Of a DNA stretch of 64,000 bases, positions 46,105-55,135 are shown piece by piece. The DNA is from Candidatus Spongiisociaceae bacterium (lineage in GTDB: Bacteria; Actinomycetota; Acidimicrobiia; Spongiisociales; Spongiisociaceae): the NCBI GenBank assembly GCA_965219685.1, contig CBDCOH010000002.1, forward strand, positions 4,032,001 through 4,096,000, written 5' to 3'. The notes under the pieces are model-generated. The model saw nothing but the letters and a program-made list of their open reading frames with translations. It searched no databases and was not told where the DNA came from. The translations under genes were made by a program, and so were the position numbers. Position 1 is the stretch's first letter. Each line of letters begins with the position of its first letter.

Positions 46105-46767
46105 CTAAGGCTTGGCTATGCCCAGCAGGGCGAGCAGGGCCACCAGTGTCCAGATGGTGAACACGAACGGATAGCTGCGTCGCATCGCGGAGCGCAGGGT
46201 GTCGTTGACCTCGGGGCTGGGGCCGTCGGACATGAGCTGGGCGAAGGCAGGTCCGAACGGTTTGAGGGTGAGGCGGATTCCTGCTCCCGACGCGACGATG
46301 ATCCCGAATAGTCCGATCTTCAGGGCGAGCCAGTTCTCGCTGAACGGCGCGTCCGTGATGAGCGAGACGAGCCCGGTGACGATCAGCGCCACCACCAGCA
46401 CCGCCCTGAACCACACGTCGAACCGTTCAGCGGTCCGGCCCGGCACCGTGCCCGTCTTGAAGCGGATGTACCAGGTGAGAGCCAGCCAGGCCAGCCCTAT
46501 CACCCAAACGAGCCCGAGCCATATGCCGTCGATCGGGGAGATCCCGGCAGCGGCAGCCAGGGAGAAGCCGATCGGGAGCATCATCACGTGCGATGTGCGA
46601 GGCGCCATGTCGATCGTGAAGAGGATCTTCGCCGCTATGGCGCGGCCGGGTACCGGTATCTGCTCGTTGATCAGAGAACGGGCCGATATGAACACTCCGA
46701 TGTCCGCGCCCAGCCAGTAGACGAACAGCAGGACATGAACCCAGAGGAGTACTTCGTAGCCGCTCAT
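46105..46767 (-). CDS. Integral membrane protein of unknown function
   Basis: MSGYEVLLWVHVLLFVYWLGADIGVF followed by about 6 TM segments; start overlaps the ferredoxin stop. Confidence 0.7.
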   Translation of the reverse strand: MSGYEVLLWVHVLLFVYWLGADIGVFISARSLINEQIPVPGRAIAAKILFTIDMAPRTSHVMMLPIGFSLAAAAGISPIDGIWLGLVWVIGLAWLALTWYIRFKTGTVPGRTAERFDVWFRAVLVVALIVTGLVSLITDAPFSENWLALKIGLFGIIVASGAGIRLTLKPFGPAFAQLMSDGPSPEVNDTLRSAMRRSYPFVFTIWTLVALLALLGIAKP

Positions 46768-47003
46768 CGTCTGGTGGGAACGTTCAGGCGGGTGAGATGG
46801 ATGGCGTCGTAGTGGCAGAAGAAGCTGCAGTAGCCGCAGGCGTCGCAGTCGGCGGTGAAGCGGGCATCCCAGCGGCCTTCCTGCGCGTCGTCGGGTTGGA
46901 TGTCGATGAATGCCATCACCGGATTGAACTCCTGGAACTTCACCCACGAGCAGGCGATCTGGCAGAGTTGGCAACCGGTGCAGTTATCGGAGATGGCCAG
47001 CAT
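46764..47003 (-). CDS. Small dicluster 4Fe-4S ferredoxin
   Basis: CTGCQLCQIAC and CDACGYCSFFC; alternative start at 47063. Confidence 0.85.
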   Translation of the reverse strand: MLAISDNCTGCQLCQIACSWVKFQEFNPVMAFIDIQPDDAQEGRWDARFTADCDACGYCSFFCHYDAIHLTRLNVPTRR

Positions 47004-47053
47004 GTGCTTGCCGCCCAGGGTCACCTCGGCCGACTTGGGTCCTTCGTGGGCCC

Positions 47054-49048
47054 TTACCGGCATACCAGCTCCGGTTCCCTGCCGGATGCCGGAGCACCGT
47101 CCGGGACGGGTTGGCCGTCCAGGTAGGACAGGTATTCGTCCACGACCCAGCCGAGGCCTAGCTGGTCCAGCAACTCGAGGGTCGGTCGGCCGGTGTCCGG
47201 ATCCCAGCCGTGGGACCGGTAGTAGCGGGCGAGCATCCGTTCGTAGGTCTCCCGAGGGAACGACGGGTACTCCACGGGAGACCGGCCCGGTCGCATGAAT
47301 TCCACGGTCTCGTCGAAGAACCGCGGCGGCGGGTAGTCGTCCGCCTTGGTCTGGCCCTGCATGGTCACCCACACCTTCTCGAGGTTCCAGACCCGGCGAC
47401 CCGCCTCGATCAGCTGCTCGCTGGTCACGCCGAGGCCGGTGGACTCGTTGTGGAACTCGGTCATGCGTTCGATCGGTAGCGCGTTGAGAACCACTGCCCG
47501 GTCGCAGAACCCCAGCGCGTACGCCACCGTGTTGTAGGCCTGGATGTGCCGCATGGCGGCGGGGACGATCTCCTCGTCGGACTCACCGAGGCGGTAGACC
47601 TCGTCGAGTGGGATTCCAAGGTGGGGGGCCTTCTCGAGCACCGTCTCCACGTTGCCCTTCTTCTGGTCGGGCCGCCCGCCCATCGACGGGTAGCGGTGGC
47701 GGTCGCCATGGCCCCGGTAGTTGACCGACCAGGCGAACAGGGGAGTGGACACGCCCAGGCGCATGTCCCCTCCGGCGTGGGCGTTGAGCGCGCGGCCCAT
47801 GCCCTTGAACGAGACCCGGTAGGGCTCGGCGGCTTCGCCGAGGCTGCGGACCATGGGCGCCACGCCCTCCGCCAGCCAGTCTCCCACACCTTCCCGATGG
47901 GCGATCTTCTCCATCAGGCGCAGGGCGAGATCGTGATCGCCCCAGCGCAGATCCAGGTAGTCGACCTGCCGCTCGTCGACCACTCCGTTGAGACCCATCT
48001 CGATCAGCATTGAGATGACGCCGGCGGTCACCTCGGAGTCCATGCCGAGGCGCTGGACCCACTCGCCGCACTTCATGGTGTCCTCGATGTTCTGCAGGCC
48101 CAGTCCCAGCCCGAACGGTCCGTTCATGGTGGAGAAGGTGCAGCCGATCGTCAGCTCCAGGCCCTCGTACCTGTAGCCGGGCCGGATCCTGAGCGCGTGC
48201 TTGCATCCGACCGGGCACCCGGGGCAGGCGACCGGATGGTGCTCGATCTTCTCATCCATGGTCTCCTGTACCCACAGGTCCGAGTCGGGGTTCAGGGCCG
48301 GCTTGGGGAAGTCCCAGTAGATCTTCCAGGTGCCACCCTCCCGCCACGTCTCGATGGACTTCGTATCGCCCACCAGATCCCGCGTGGTCTTGCGGGACAG
48401 GCCGAGTAGCTTGACCGGCTGGGCGGCCGGGATGCCGCCGGTCCCGTATGCAGCGATCGCTTTGAGGTTCTTGGATCCCATGACCGCGCCCATCCCGGTG
48501 CGACCCCAGGCCACGTGGCGGTTGCCGATGATGCAGGCACACCGCACCAGGTTCTCTCCCGCCGGTCCGATGGCTGCCACGTCGAAGTGGGGCCCCAACT
48601 CCGACCACAGGGCCTCGGATGTTTCGAAGGTGTCCAGGCCCCAGAGGTTGCGCGCGTCCCTGATCCTCACGGTGCCGTCCGTCACCTCCAGGTAGACGGG
48701 CCTCTCCGCCCTCCCCAGCACGACGAGCAGGTCGATCCCGGCCTGGCGGAGCTGGATCATGGATCCGCCGTTGGACATCCCCAGATAGCAACCGTCGGTG
48801 GGGGACTTGCTCATGAAGGTGGACCGGGACGCCGACGGTATGGAGGTTCCGGTGAGCGATCCGGGCGCGAGGATGAGGGCGTTGGCTGGTGACAGAGCAT
48901 CGACGCCGGGCTTGACGAACCGGTACAGCAGGTAGGCGCCGATTCCCTGGCCGCCTATGTAGTCGAGGGCCAGTTGGGGTGTCACCGGCTCGTAGGTGAC
49001 CGACCCGGCGCTCAGGTCGACGATGGCGATGTCCTGCAGACCGTTCAC
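47054..49048 (-). CDS. Aldehyde:ferredoxin oxidoreductase-family (tungstopterin) protein, paralog 2
   Basis: IGPAGENLV, GRTGMGAVMGSKNLKAIA, CPGCPVGC, LGMD, IAHREGVGDWLAEG, YYRSHGWD; GTG start overlaps the upstream TGA. Confidence 0.9.
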   Translation of the reverse strand: MNGLQDIAIVDLSAGSVTYEPVTPQLALDYIGGQGIGAYLLYRFVKPGVDALSPANALILAPGSLTGTSIPSASRSTFMSKSPTDGCYLGMSNGGSMIQLRQAGIDLLVVLGRAERPVYLEVTDGTVRIRDARNLWGLDTFETSEALWSELGPHFDVAAIGPAGENLVRCACIIGNRHVAWGRTGMGAVMGSKNLKAIAAYGTGGIPAAQPVKLLGLSRKTTRDLVGDTKSIETWREGGTWKIYWDFPKPALNPDSDLWVQETMDEKIEHHPVACPGCPVGCKHALRIRPGYRYEGLELTIGCTFSTMNGPFGLGLGLQNIEDTMKCGEWVQRLGMDSEVTAGVISMLIEMGLNGVVDERQVDYLDLRWGDHDLALRLMEKIAHREGVGDWLAEGVAPMVRSLGEAAEPYRVSFKGMGRALNAHAGGDMRLGVSTPLFAWSVNYRGHGDRHRYPSMGGRPDQKKGNVETVLEKAPHLGIPLDEVYRLGESDEEIVPAAMRHIQAYNTVAYALGFCDRAVVLNALPIERMTEFHNESTGLGVTSEQLIEAGRRVWNLEKVWVTMQGQTKADDYPPPRFFDETVEFMRPGRSPVEYPSFPRETYERMLARYYRSHGWDPDTGRPTLELLDQLGLGWVVDEYLSYLDGQPVPDGAPASGREPELVCR

Positions 49049-50997
49049 GACGCGCCCACCAGAGCCCCGTCCCTGAAGTGCGAAGGAACCCAGTCCAGGC
49101 CCAGTCCTCGCAGCGTCTCGTCGGTCGGGAGGCCGGTGGCCGTGTCCCAACCGTGCGACTCGTAGTAGCGGTCGAGCATCCGTTCGTAGGCCTCGAGGGG
49201 GAACGGGGGATAGCGTTTCATGGGTCCGCCCGGCTTCTTGTATTCCACCGCCTCGTCGAAGAACCGCGACGGTGGGTAGTCATCGGCCTTGGACTGCCCC
49301 TGCGACGTCACCCACACCTTCTCCAGGTTCCAGATCCGCCGGCCTGCCCTCAGCAGGTGCTGCGGGGTCACGCCAAGCCCGGTCGCCTCGTTGTAGAGAT
49401 CGGCCATCCGCTGGACGGGGATGGCGTTGAGGATCACCGGCCGGTCGCAGAATCCGAGTGCGTAGGCCACCGTGTTGTAGTCCTGGATGTACTTCATAAC
49501 CCGGGGAACGATCTCCTCGTAGGTCTCGCCGATGCCGACCAGTTCCTCGGGCGGGATGCCGAAATGGTCGGCCCGGTCGAGCAGGAACTCGATGTTCGCC
49601 TTCTTCTGGTCGGGCGTTCCTCCGGAGAACGGGTAGCGGTGGCGGTCGCCGTGACCCCGGTAGTTGACCGACCAGGCGAAACAGGAGGTGGCCAGGGACT
49701 TGCGTACATCGCCTCCGCCGTGGGCCGTCAGGGCTCTGCCCATTCCCTTGAAGGACACCCGGTAGGGCTCGGCGGCCTCGCCCAGGCTGCGCACCATGGG
49801 GTTTACGCCCTCGGCCAGCCAGTCGCCCACGCCTTCCCGGTAGGCGATCTTCTGCATCAACGTGAAGGCCAGTTCCGGGTTGCCCCAACCGAGCTCGAGG
49901 CCGTCGGTGTACTCGTCGCCCACCACCCCGTTCTCGTGCATCTCGATGAGCATCGATATGACTCCGGCGGTGACCTCGGAGTCCATGCCGAGGCGCTGGA
50001 CCCACTCGCCGCACTTCATCATGTCCTCCATGTCCTGGAGCCCGAGCCCGAGCCCGAACGGGCCGTTCATGGTGGCGTACGTGCAGCCGACCACCAGTTC
50101 GAGTCCCTCGTACTTGTATCCCGGGGCGATCTTGAGGGCGTGCTTGCAGCCCACCGGGCAGCCGGGGCAGGCCTCGGGCCGGTGAAGGAGCTTGGCGTCG
50201 TAGCGGTCGAGATCCCACAGGTCCGACTGCGGGTTCCGGGCCGGCTTTTCCGAGTCCCACAGCCATTTCCAGGTGCCCCCGTCGCGCCACAGCTGGATCG
50301 ACTCCTCGTCGGCCACCAGCTCCCGGGCGGTCCTCTTGGAGAGGCCCAGCAGCTTGACCGGATACTCGGCATACGTCCCCCGCGAACCGTAGGCGGCGAT
50401 GGCCTTGAGGTTCTTGGAGCCCATCACGGCCCCCATGCCCGTGCGCCCCCAGGCCACGTGGCGGTTGCCGATGATGCAGGCGCATCGCACCAGGTTCTCC
50501 CCGGCGGGTCCGATGGCGGCCACGTCGAAGTGGGATCCCAACTCGGACCAGAGCGCCTCTGACGTCTCGAAGGTGTCCAATCCCCAGAGGTGGCGTCCGT
50601 CCCTGATCCGGACCTCTCCATCGGTGATCTCCAGATACACGGGACGCTCGGCCCGGCCCCGGACCACCAGCAGGTCGAATCCGGCTTGGCGGAGTTGGAT
50701 CATCGACCCGCCGTTGGACATGCCGAGATAGCAACCGTCGGTGGGTGACTTGCTCATGAAGGTGGACCGGGATGCCGACGGCACCGAGGTCCCGGTGAGC
50801 GAGCCGGGGGCGAGGATCAGGGCGTTATCGGGCGAGAGCGCGCCGACTCCTGGCTTGACGAAGCGGTACAGGAGGTAGGAGCCGATGCCCTGGCCGCCGA
50901 TGTACTCGAGGGCCAACTCAGTGGTGACCGGCTCACAAGCCACTGTCCCGGTACTCAGGTCGACGATGGCAATGTCCTGTAACCCGCCTCGTGACAT
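49045..50997 (-). CDS. Aldehyde:ferredoxin oxidoreductase-family (tungstopterin) protein, paralog 1
   Basis: Same AOR motifs; start reassigned to MSRGGLQDIAIVDL after GGAGG. Confidence 0.9.
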   Translation of the reverse strand: MSRGGLQDIAIVDLSTGTVACEPVTTELALEYIGGQGIGSYLLYRFVKPGVGALSPDNALILAPGSLTGTSVPSASRSTFMSKSPTDGCYLGMSNGGSMIQLRQAGFDLLVVRGRAERPVYLEITDGEVRIRDGRHLWGLDTFETSEALWSELGSHFDVAAIGPAGENLVRCACIIGNRHVAWGRTGMGAVMGSKNLKAIAAYGSRGTYAEYPVKLLGLSKRTARELVADEESIQLWRDGGTWKWLWDSEKPARNPQSDLWDLDRYDAKLLHRPEACPGCPVGCKHALKIAPGYKYEGLELVVGCTYATMNGPFGLGLGLQDMEDMMKCGEWVQRLGMDSEVTAGVISMLIEMHENGVVGDEYTDGLELGWGNPELAFTLMQKIAYREGVGDWLAEGVNPMVRSLGEAAEPYRVSFKGMGRALTAHGGGDVRKSLATSCFAWSVNYRGHGDRHRYPFSGGTPDQKKANIEFLLDRADHFGIPPEELVGIGETYEEIVPRVMKYIQDYNTVAYALGFCDRPVILNAIPVQRMADLYNEATGLGVTPQHLLRAGRRIWNLEKVWVTSQGQSKADDYPPSRFFDEAVEYKKPGGPMKRYPPFPLEAYERMLDRYYESHGWDTATGLPTDETLRGLGLDWVPSHFRDGALVGAS

Positions 50998-51298
50998 GTC
51001 ACCTCCCGATTGCTCTCCGACCGTCGTCGGTCGGGGGAGCACCCTGAATGTACCACCCGTCGCCGTCCCCGCGCGGGCCGCGGGTTGCAAGCGCGCCCGG
51101 CATCGGACTCCGCGTGTGACTGTGTTTCTTGAGACTAACGAAAAATTACGTTGTCATCCTATGGCATAGCATGAGAATGTAGTAGAGTGATGGTGGTTCG
51201 CGTGAAGCATCCCTGACACGCACCTAGCCGTGGGCTACGGGGGAAGCAGTGGATCGCTTGCCGAGCGCGTCGAATGCACGGAGAGAGGAACGGATCGG

Positions 51299-51730
51299 AT
51301 GCCAGCCGATGTCTTGGTGGATCTGAGTACCGCAATGGCGATCATCGGGGTGATGATTGCGCTATTCCTGCGTGCTGACCGCAGGATCGACGAGGTGGAG
51401 GCGAGGTCCGAGTCTCGTTTCGGAGAGATGGATGCCCGGTTGGAATCCCGGATGGACGAGGTGGATGCGCGGTTCGATAGGGTGGATGCCCGGTTGGAGT
51501 CCCGGTTGGACGAGGTGGATGCGCGGTTCGATAGGGTGGATGCGCGGTTCGATGTGGTGGATGCTCGGTTCGAGTCCATGGCGCGGGATATCGTGGAGGT
51601 CAAGGTTTCGGTTGCCCGGATAGAGGGCTACCTGCAGGCTGGTGAAGGCTTCAGACCCGCCGGGAGGGACCAGCCCGTCTCCCAGGCGGACGTCGATCAG
51701 CCTCCAACCAGCTATCGCCAGGCTGGATAG
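51299..51730 (+). CDS. Small membrane-anchored coiled-coil repeat protein
   Basis: One N-terminal TM segment, then DARLESRxDEV / DARFDRV 11- and 7-residue repeats, then VARIEG. Confidence 0.65.
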   Translation: MPADVLVDLSTAMAIIGVMIALFLRADRRIDEVEARSESRFGEMDARLESRMDEVDARFDRVDARLESRLDEVDARFDRVDARFDVVDARFESMARDIVEVKVSVARIEGYLQAGEGFRPAGRDQPVSQADVDQPPTSYRQAG

Positions 51731-51764
51731 CCTGCCATCTCCCAGGTCCCTTTACCTTCCGGCG

Positions 51765-53096
51765 TCAGAAGAGTTCCGCGAGGTCGTTGGCGTTGCTGAT
51801 CGAGGTGAGGTTGTAGAGGGCTTCCAGGAGTACTGCCGCGCGGTCATGGCGGATTGCAGGATCGGTGAGCCGGTGGAACTTTTCATCGAGCATGGCCTTT
51901 GGCATGGGTCGGCCGGGGCTTCCCAGGACTTCGTACATCAGTGCCGTCTTCGTATAGGTCCGGCCTCCCACCCGCAGTTCGACGGTGTTGGGAACCTCGT
52001 GGAAGCGACGGGCGGCGAACACCTTTGAACCTTCCGGATCCTCCACGATCTCGATGCGGCGGGCCATCTCACGCGCCACCGGGTCGGCGAACTGGTCCTC
52101 CGTGAACCACTCGTGCCCGGGTTCGACTCCGAGTATGCCGAGCGCCGTTCCCCACTGGACGCTGTAGATCCCCTCCCAGAAACTCCGAGGCGCCGGATCG
52201 TACTGGTGGGGGCGTAGATAGATGTCCGGCAGGTGGACCGTGACCTGGTCGATGTCCTCGACGGAGAGGCCGTGTTCGTCCATCAGTTCGAGGCTCAGTT
52301 GGATTCCTCCCTGCGACAGCCGACTCGATGGCCACGGCTTCAACTGGATCTCGCCGGCGGTGTAGCCGAAGGGTCCCGGCGAGGTTGCCATCGAGTCGAT
52401 GTCGTACTCCTTCGTGCGCCGCTCCAACTCGTCCGGCATCTCTCCGTAGCCGATCGAGGCGAGCAGCGCGGCCTGGATACCGTCGTGGCAGAGGAACAGG
52501 TTGCCCATCCCAACATGGCTGATCCGCTTGGGCTCGGGAGGGTTGAGCAACTGGGACTGGCGAACCGGGTATCCCCAGCACAGTCCCATGGCGAGGTTGG
52601 TGGTCTCGGCGTCCAGGCCGAGCAGGCGGCATGTGGCCATCGCCAGGCACAGGTTTATGTGGCGCTGGATGTCGCCGTCGTAGCGGGCGTAGTGGAATCG
52701 GCCGTTGATCTCGTAGGTCACGCAGGCGGTTGCAAGCATCTCAGCCCCGGTAGCTCCCACCCTTTGGCCGATCGCGAGGATCGTGTGCACGAGTGAGGGG
52801 CCGATGTGGATGCCGGGCCCGGTCTCCTCGAAGTCGAGGGACCGCGCCAGCTGTGCGTTGATCCCCGCCGCCAGCTGGCTGGAAGTCCGAAAGCCACCCC
52901 CGAGTACGACCGCTTCGGGCGTGCCGCCCACGTCGTGGGCATACGCGATGAACTCCTGACCCGATACAGGCAGGCCGCCGTAGGTGGTTCCGACCGTGTC
53001 TATGAACAGCCGTTGCATCCGTTCCCGAGCCTGCGCCGGTATGTCCGCGAGGTCCGCGCCGAGCAACTCCTCGACCAGTCGGTTGGTTATGCCCAT
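51765..53096 (-). CDS. MmgE/PrpD-family protein (divergent; paralog of 29237-30568)
   Basis: AAGINAQLARSLDFEETGPGIH, QLKPWP, GSPGRPM..KF; start reassigned to MGITNRL. Confidence 0.8.
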   Translation of the reverse strand: MGITNRLVEELLGADLADIPAQARERMQRLFIDTVGTTYGGLPVSGQEFIAYAHDVGGTPEAVVLGGGFRTSSQLAAGINAQLARSLDFEETGPGIHIGPSLVHTILAIGQRVGATGAEMLATACVTYEINGRFHYARYDGDIQRHINLCLAMATCRLLGLDAETTNLAMGLCWGYPVRQSQLLNPPEPKRISHVGMGNLFLCHDGIQAALLASIGYGEMPDELERRTKEYDIDSMATSPGPFGYTAGEIQLKPWPSSRLSQGGIQLSLELMDEHGLSVEDIDQVTVHLPDIYLRPHQYDPAPRSFWEGIYSVQWGTALGILGVEPGHEWFTEDQFADPVAREMARRIEIVEDPEGSKVFAARRFHEVPNTVELRVGGRTYTKTALMYEVLGSPGRPMPKAMLDEKFHRLTDPAIRHDRAAVLLEALYNLTSISNANDLAELF

Positions 53097-53164
53097 GGAT
53101 GCGACTCCCTGCCGTCTAGCTGCGACCATACCGCAACACGTATCCGGCGGTTCGATCGCTACCA

Positions 53165-53417
53165 GAGGAGTAGTTCCAAGGGATCTGACCAGAAACGACC
53201 GCACTCTGATCGCTGCACAACTCTGTACAACGCATCTGTAACTCGTATATCCCCGTTCTTGGACTCGGACTCCGGAGCTGCCATTTCGCGAAGAGCCATC
53301 CGCGGGTGCAAGCGCGTGATCCAAACAGTGCTAGGAGGATGGTAAATTATCCCAGGTAACGTTACCCTCTGCTTGCCAACTAGAGACTATAGACTACCGA
53401 CTAGGAACTAATCATCT
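53165..53417. repeat. 253-bp non-coding dispersed element, copy A (candidate structured ncRNA or MITE)
   Basis: Collinear homology with 61410-61662 in conserved blocks along its length. Confidence 0.75.
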
Positions 53418-53460
53418 AGGTTGCTTACCCGTAGCGGCTATGGGGTTGGAGGGCCTGGTC

Positions 53461-54822
53461 ATGGCGTCGTACGAGCTTCTGGTCAAGAACGGCATTCTCG
53501 TGGGATCACGAGCGGACCCGCGGAGAGCCGATCTGGCCGCCGACCGAGGCCGGATCGTGGCAATCGAGGAGCCGGGAAGGTTGGGTCCCGGTGTCCGGAC
53601 GATCGACGCCGACGGCCTCTACGTGATGCCGGGCGCCATCGATCCCCATGTGCATCTGGGTATGGGGGGTGGTTTCGGGTCGTTCCAGGCCGACACGGGG
53701 GCCGCGACGATCGGCGGTGTGTCCAGCCTGTTCACGATACTGATCGACAGCGGCCCGTACGATCCGGTGATCGCCGAGCACAGCGAGGTTCTCGACCGGG
53801 TCAGCCATGTGGACTTCGGGTTCCACGTGACACTGATGACCGACGACCACGTGGACGCACTGGCCGGACTGGCTGAGCGGTGGGGTGTCAACTCATACAA
53901 GTACTTCATGAGCTTCCGGGGTGACGAGGGAGCATATCTGGGGATCGATGGCACCGACGACGGCGCCTTCCATAATATCCTCTCCGGCGTCGCGGCGGTG
54001 GGCGGGACCCTCCAGATACACCCTGAGAACATCGAGGTCGTGTGGCGCCTCCGTGACAAGGTGAGGGCATCGGGCCGGGATGATCTCCGCGCCTGGGACG
54101 AGAGCCGGCCTGATTTCGTTGAGGCCGAGAGCATCTGGAGGGCGTCCTTCTTCGCCGAACTCGTGGGGACCAGGGTCTACTTCGTCCACCTGAGTTCCGG
54201 CTACGCTCTGGCCGCCGTTCGAGGCGCGCGGGCAGCTTTTCCGGGGGCCACCCTGTTCGCCGAGACCTGTCCTCACTACCTCACCCACACCCACGACTCG
54301 GAACTCGGTGTGGTGGGAAAGATCAACCCGCCCCTTCGGAGCGACGACGACGTGAGCGCGGTATGGGACGCCGTTGGGGATGGAACCATGGACACCGTCG
54401 GATCTGATCATGTGGGCAGGCGTCTGGAAGTGAAGCGAGGATCGATCTGGACCGCTTCCGCAGGCTTCCCGGGTCTGCCGACGGTGCTACCGGTGCTGCT
54501 ATCGGAGGGCCATCACCGTCGTGGACTCCCGCTGCCCGAGATAGCGCGCCTGGCGTCCGGGCGCGCGGCGGAGATCTTCGGCTGCGCCGACCGGAAGGGG
54601 GACCTGCGGGTCGGGATGGACGCCGACCTCGCCATCGTCGACCTCGACTGGACCAGGGAGGTCAGTTCCTCCATGCTGGGTACCTGGTCCGACTACAGCA
54701 TCTACGACGGCTGGTCTCTCACCGGTTGGCCGAGGTACACCGTGGTAAGGGGCGAAGTGGTTCAAGAAAACGGCGACCTGGTCGGCCCCCCGGGCTGGGG
54801 GCAGCACATTCGGCGGGGGTGA
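53461..54822 (+). CDS. Cyclic amidohydrolase (dihydropyrimidinase/allantoinase/dihydroorotase family)
   Basis: PGAIDPHVH, carboxylated-Lys region SYKYFM, IHPEN, VHLSS, ETCPHYL, KINPPLR, GSDH. Confidence 0.9.
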   Translation: MASYELLVKNGILVGSRADPRRADLAADRGRIVAIEEPGRLGPGVRTIDADGLYVMPGAIDPHVHLGMGGGFGSFQADTGAATIGGVSSLFTILIDSGPYDPVIAEHSEVLDRVSHVDFGFHVTLMTDDHVDALAGLAERWGVNSYKYFMSFRGDEGAYLGIDGTDDGAFHNILSGVAAVGGTLQIHPENIEVVWRLRDKVRASGRDDLRAWDESRPDFVEAESIWRASFFAELVGTRVYFVHLSSGYALAAVRGARAAFPGATLFAETCPHYLTHTHDSELGVVGKINPPLRSDDDVSAVWDAVGDGTMDTVGSDHVGRRLEVKRGSIWTASAGFPGLPTVLPVLLSEGHHRRGLPLPEIARLASGRAAEIFGCADRKGDLRVGMDADLAIVDLDWTREVSSSMLGTWSDYSIYDGWSLTGWPRYTVVRGEVVQENGDLVGPPGWGQHIRRG

Positions 54823-54921
54823 GGGGTGAGTGGTGAGTGGTGGAGTGGTGAATGGTGGAGTGGTGAGTGGTGAGTGGTGAATGGTGAATGGTGAATGGTG
54901 AATGGTGAATGGTGAATGGTG
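54819..54921. repeat. Heptamer tandem array (GTGARTG), 14 units, starting at the upstream TGA stop
   Basis: GTGAGGG, GTGAGTG x2, GTGGAGTG, GTGAATG, GTGGAGTG, GTGAGTG x2, GTGAATG x6. Confidence 0.9.
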
Positions 54922-55034
54922 CCAACTCTTGACGGTACTCGACCCGAGCTTACCTTCGCTCATCCATTTATAACATGAGGGGCGGCATACGGGAACCCCA
55001 TATATTCTTAGACAACGAGTCGATTGGAGTTGAG

Positions 55035-55135
55035 GGGGTTGGTGGCTGGTGGATGGTGGATGACTCTCAAGAGTATTCGACTACCGACACTGCGCTCTCG
55101 GCAGCCCCACCTAACACCAAACACCCACCTGACCT
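55035..55135. repeat. Degenerate inverted heptamer cassette abutting the isochorismatase stop
   Basis: GGGGTTG GTGGCTG GTGGATG GTGGATG ... CCCCAC CTAACAC CAAACAC CCACCT. Confidence 0.55.

Noticed and set aside
53097-53324. 76-aa N-terminal extension of the PrpD ORF 51765-53324, and small ORF 61321-61563
   Set aside because: Both run through the 253-bp element, whose two copies differ by frame-breaking indels; PrpD homology starts at MGITNRL (53096)
54819-54921. CRISPR array
   Set aside because: Units are 7-8 bp with no unique spacers and there are no cas genes; the 39-bp and 54-bp repeats elsewhere are in-frame coding repeats
54499-54963. ORFs with SPFTIHH repeats (also 3643-4263 and 54719-54925)
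   Set aside because: They are translations of the heptamer DNA arrays, antisense to real genes
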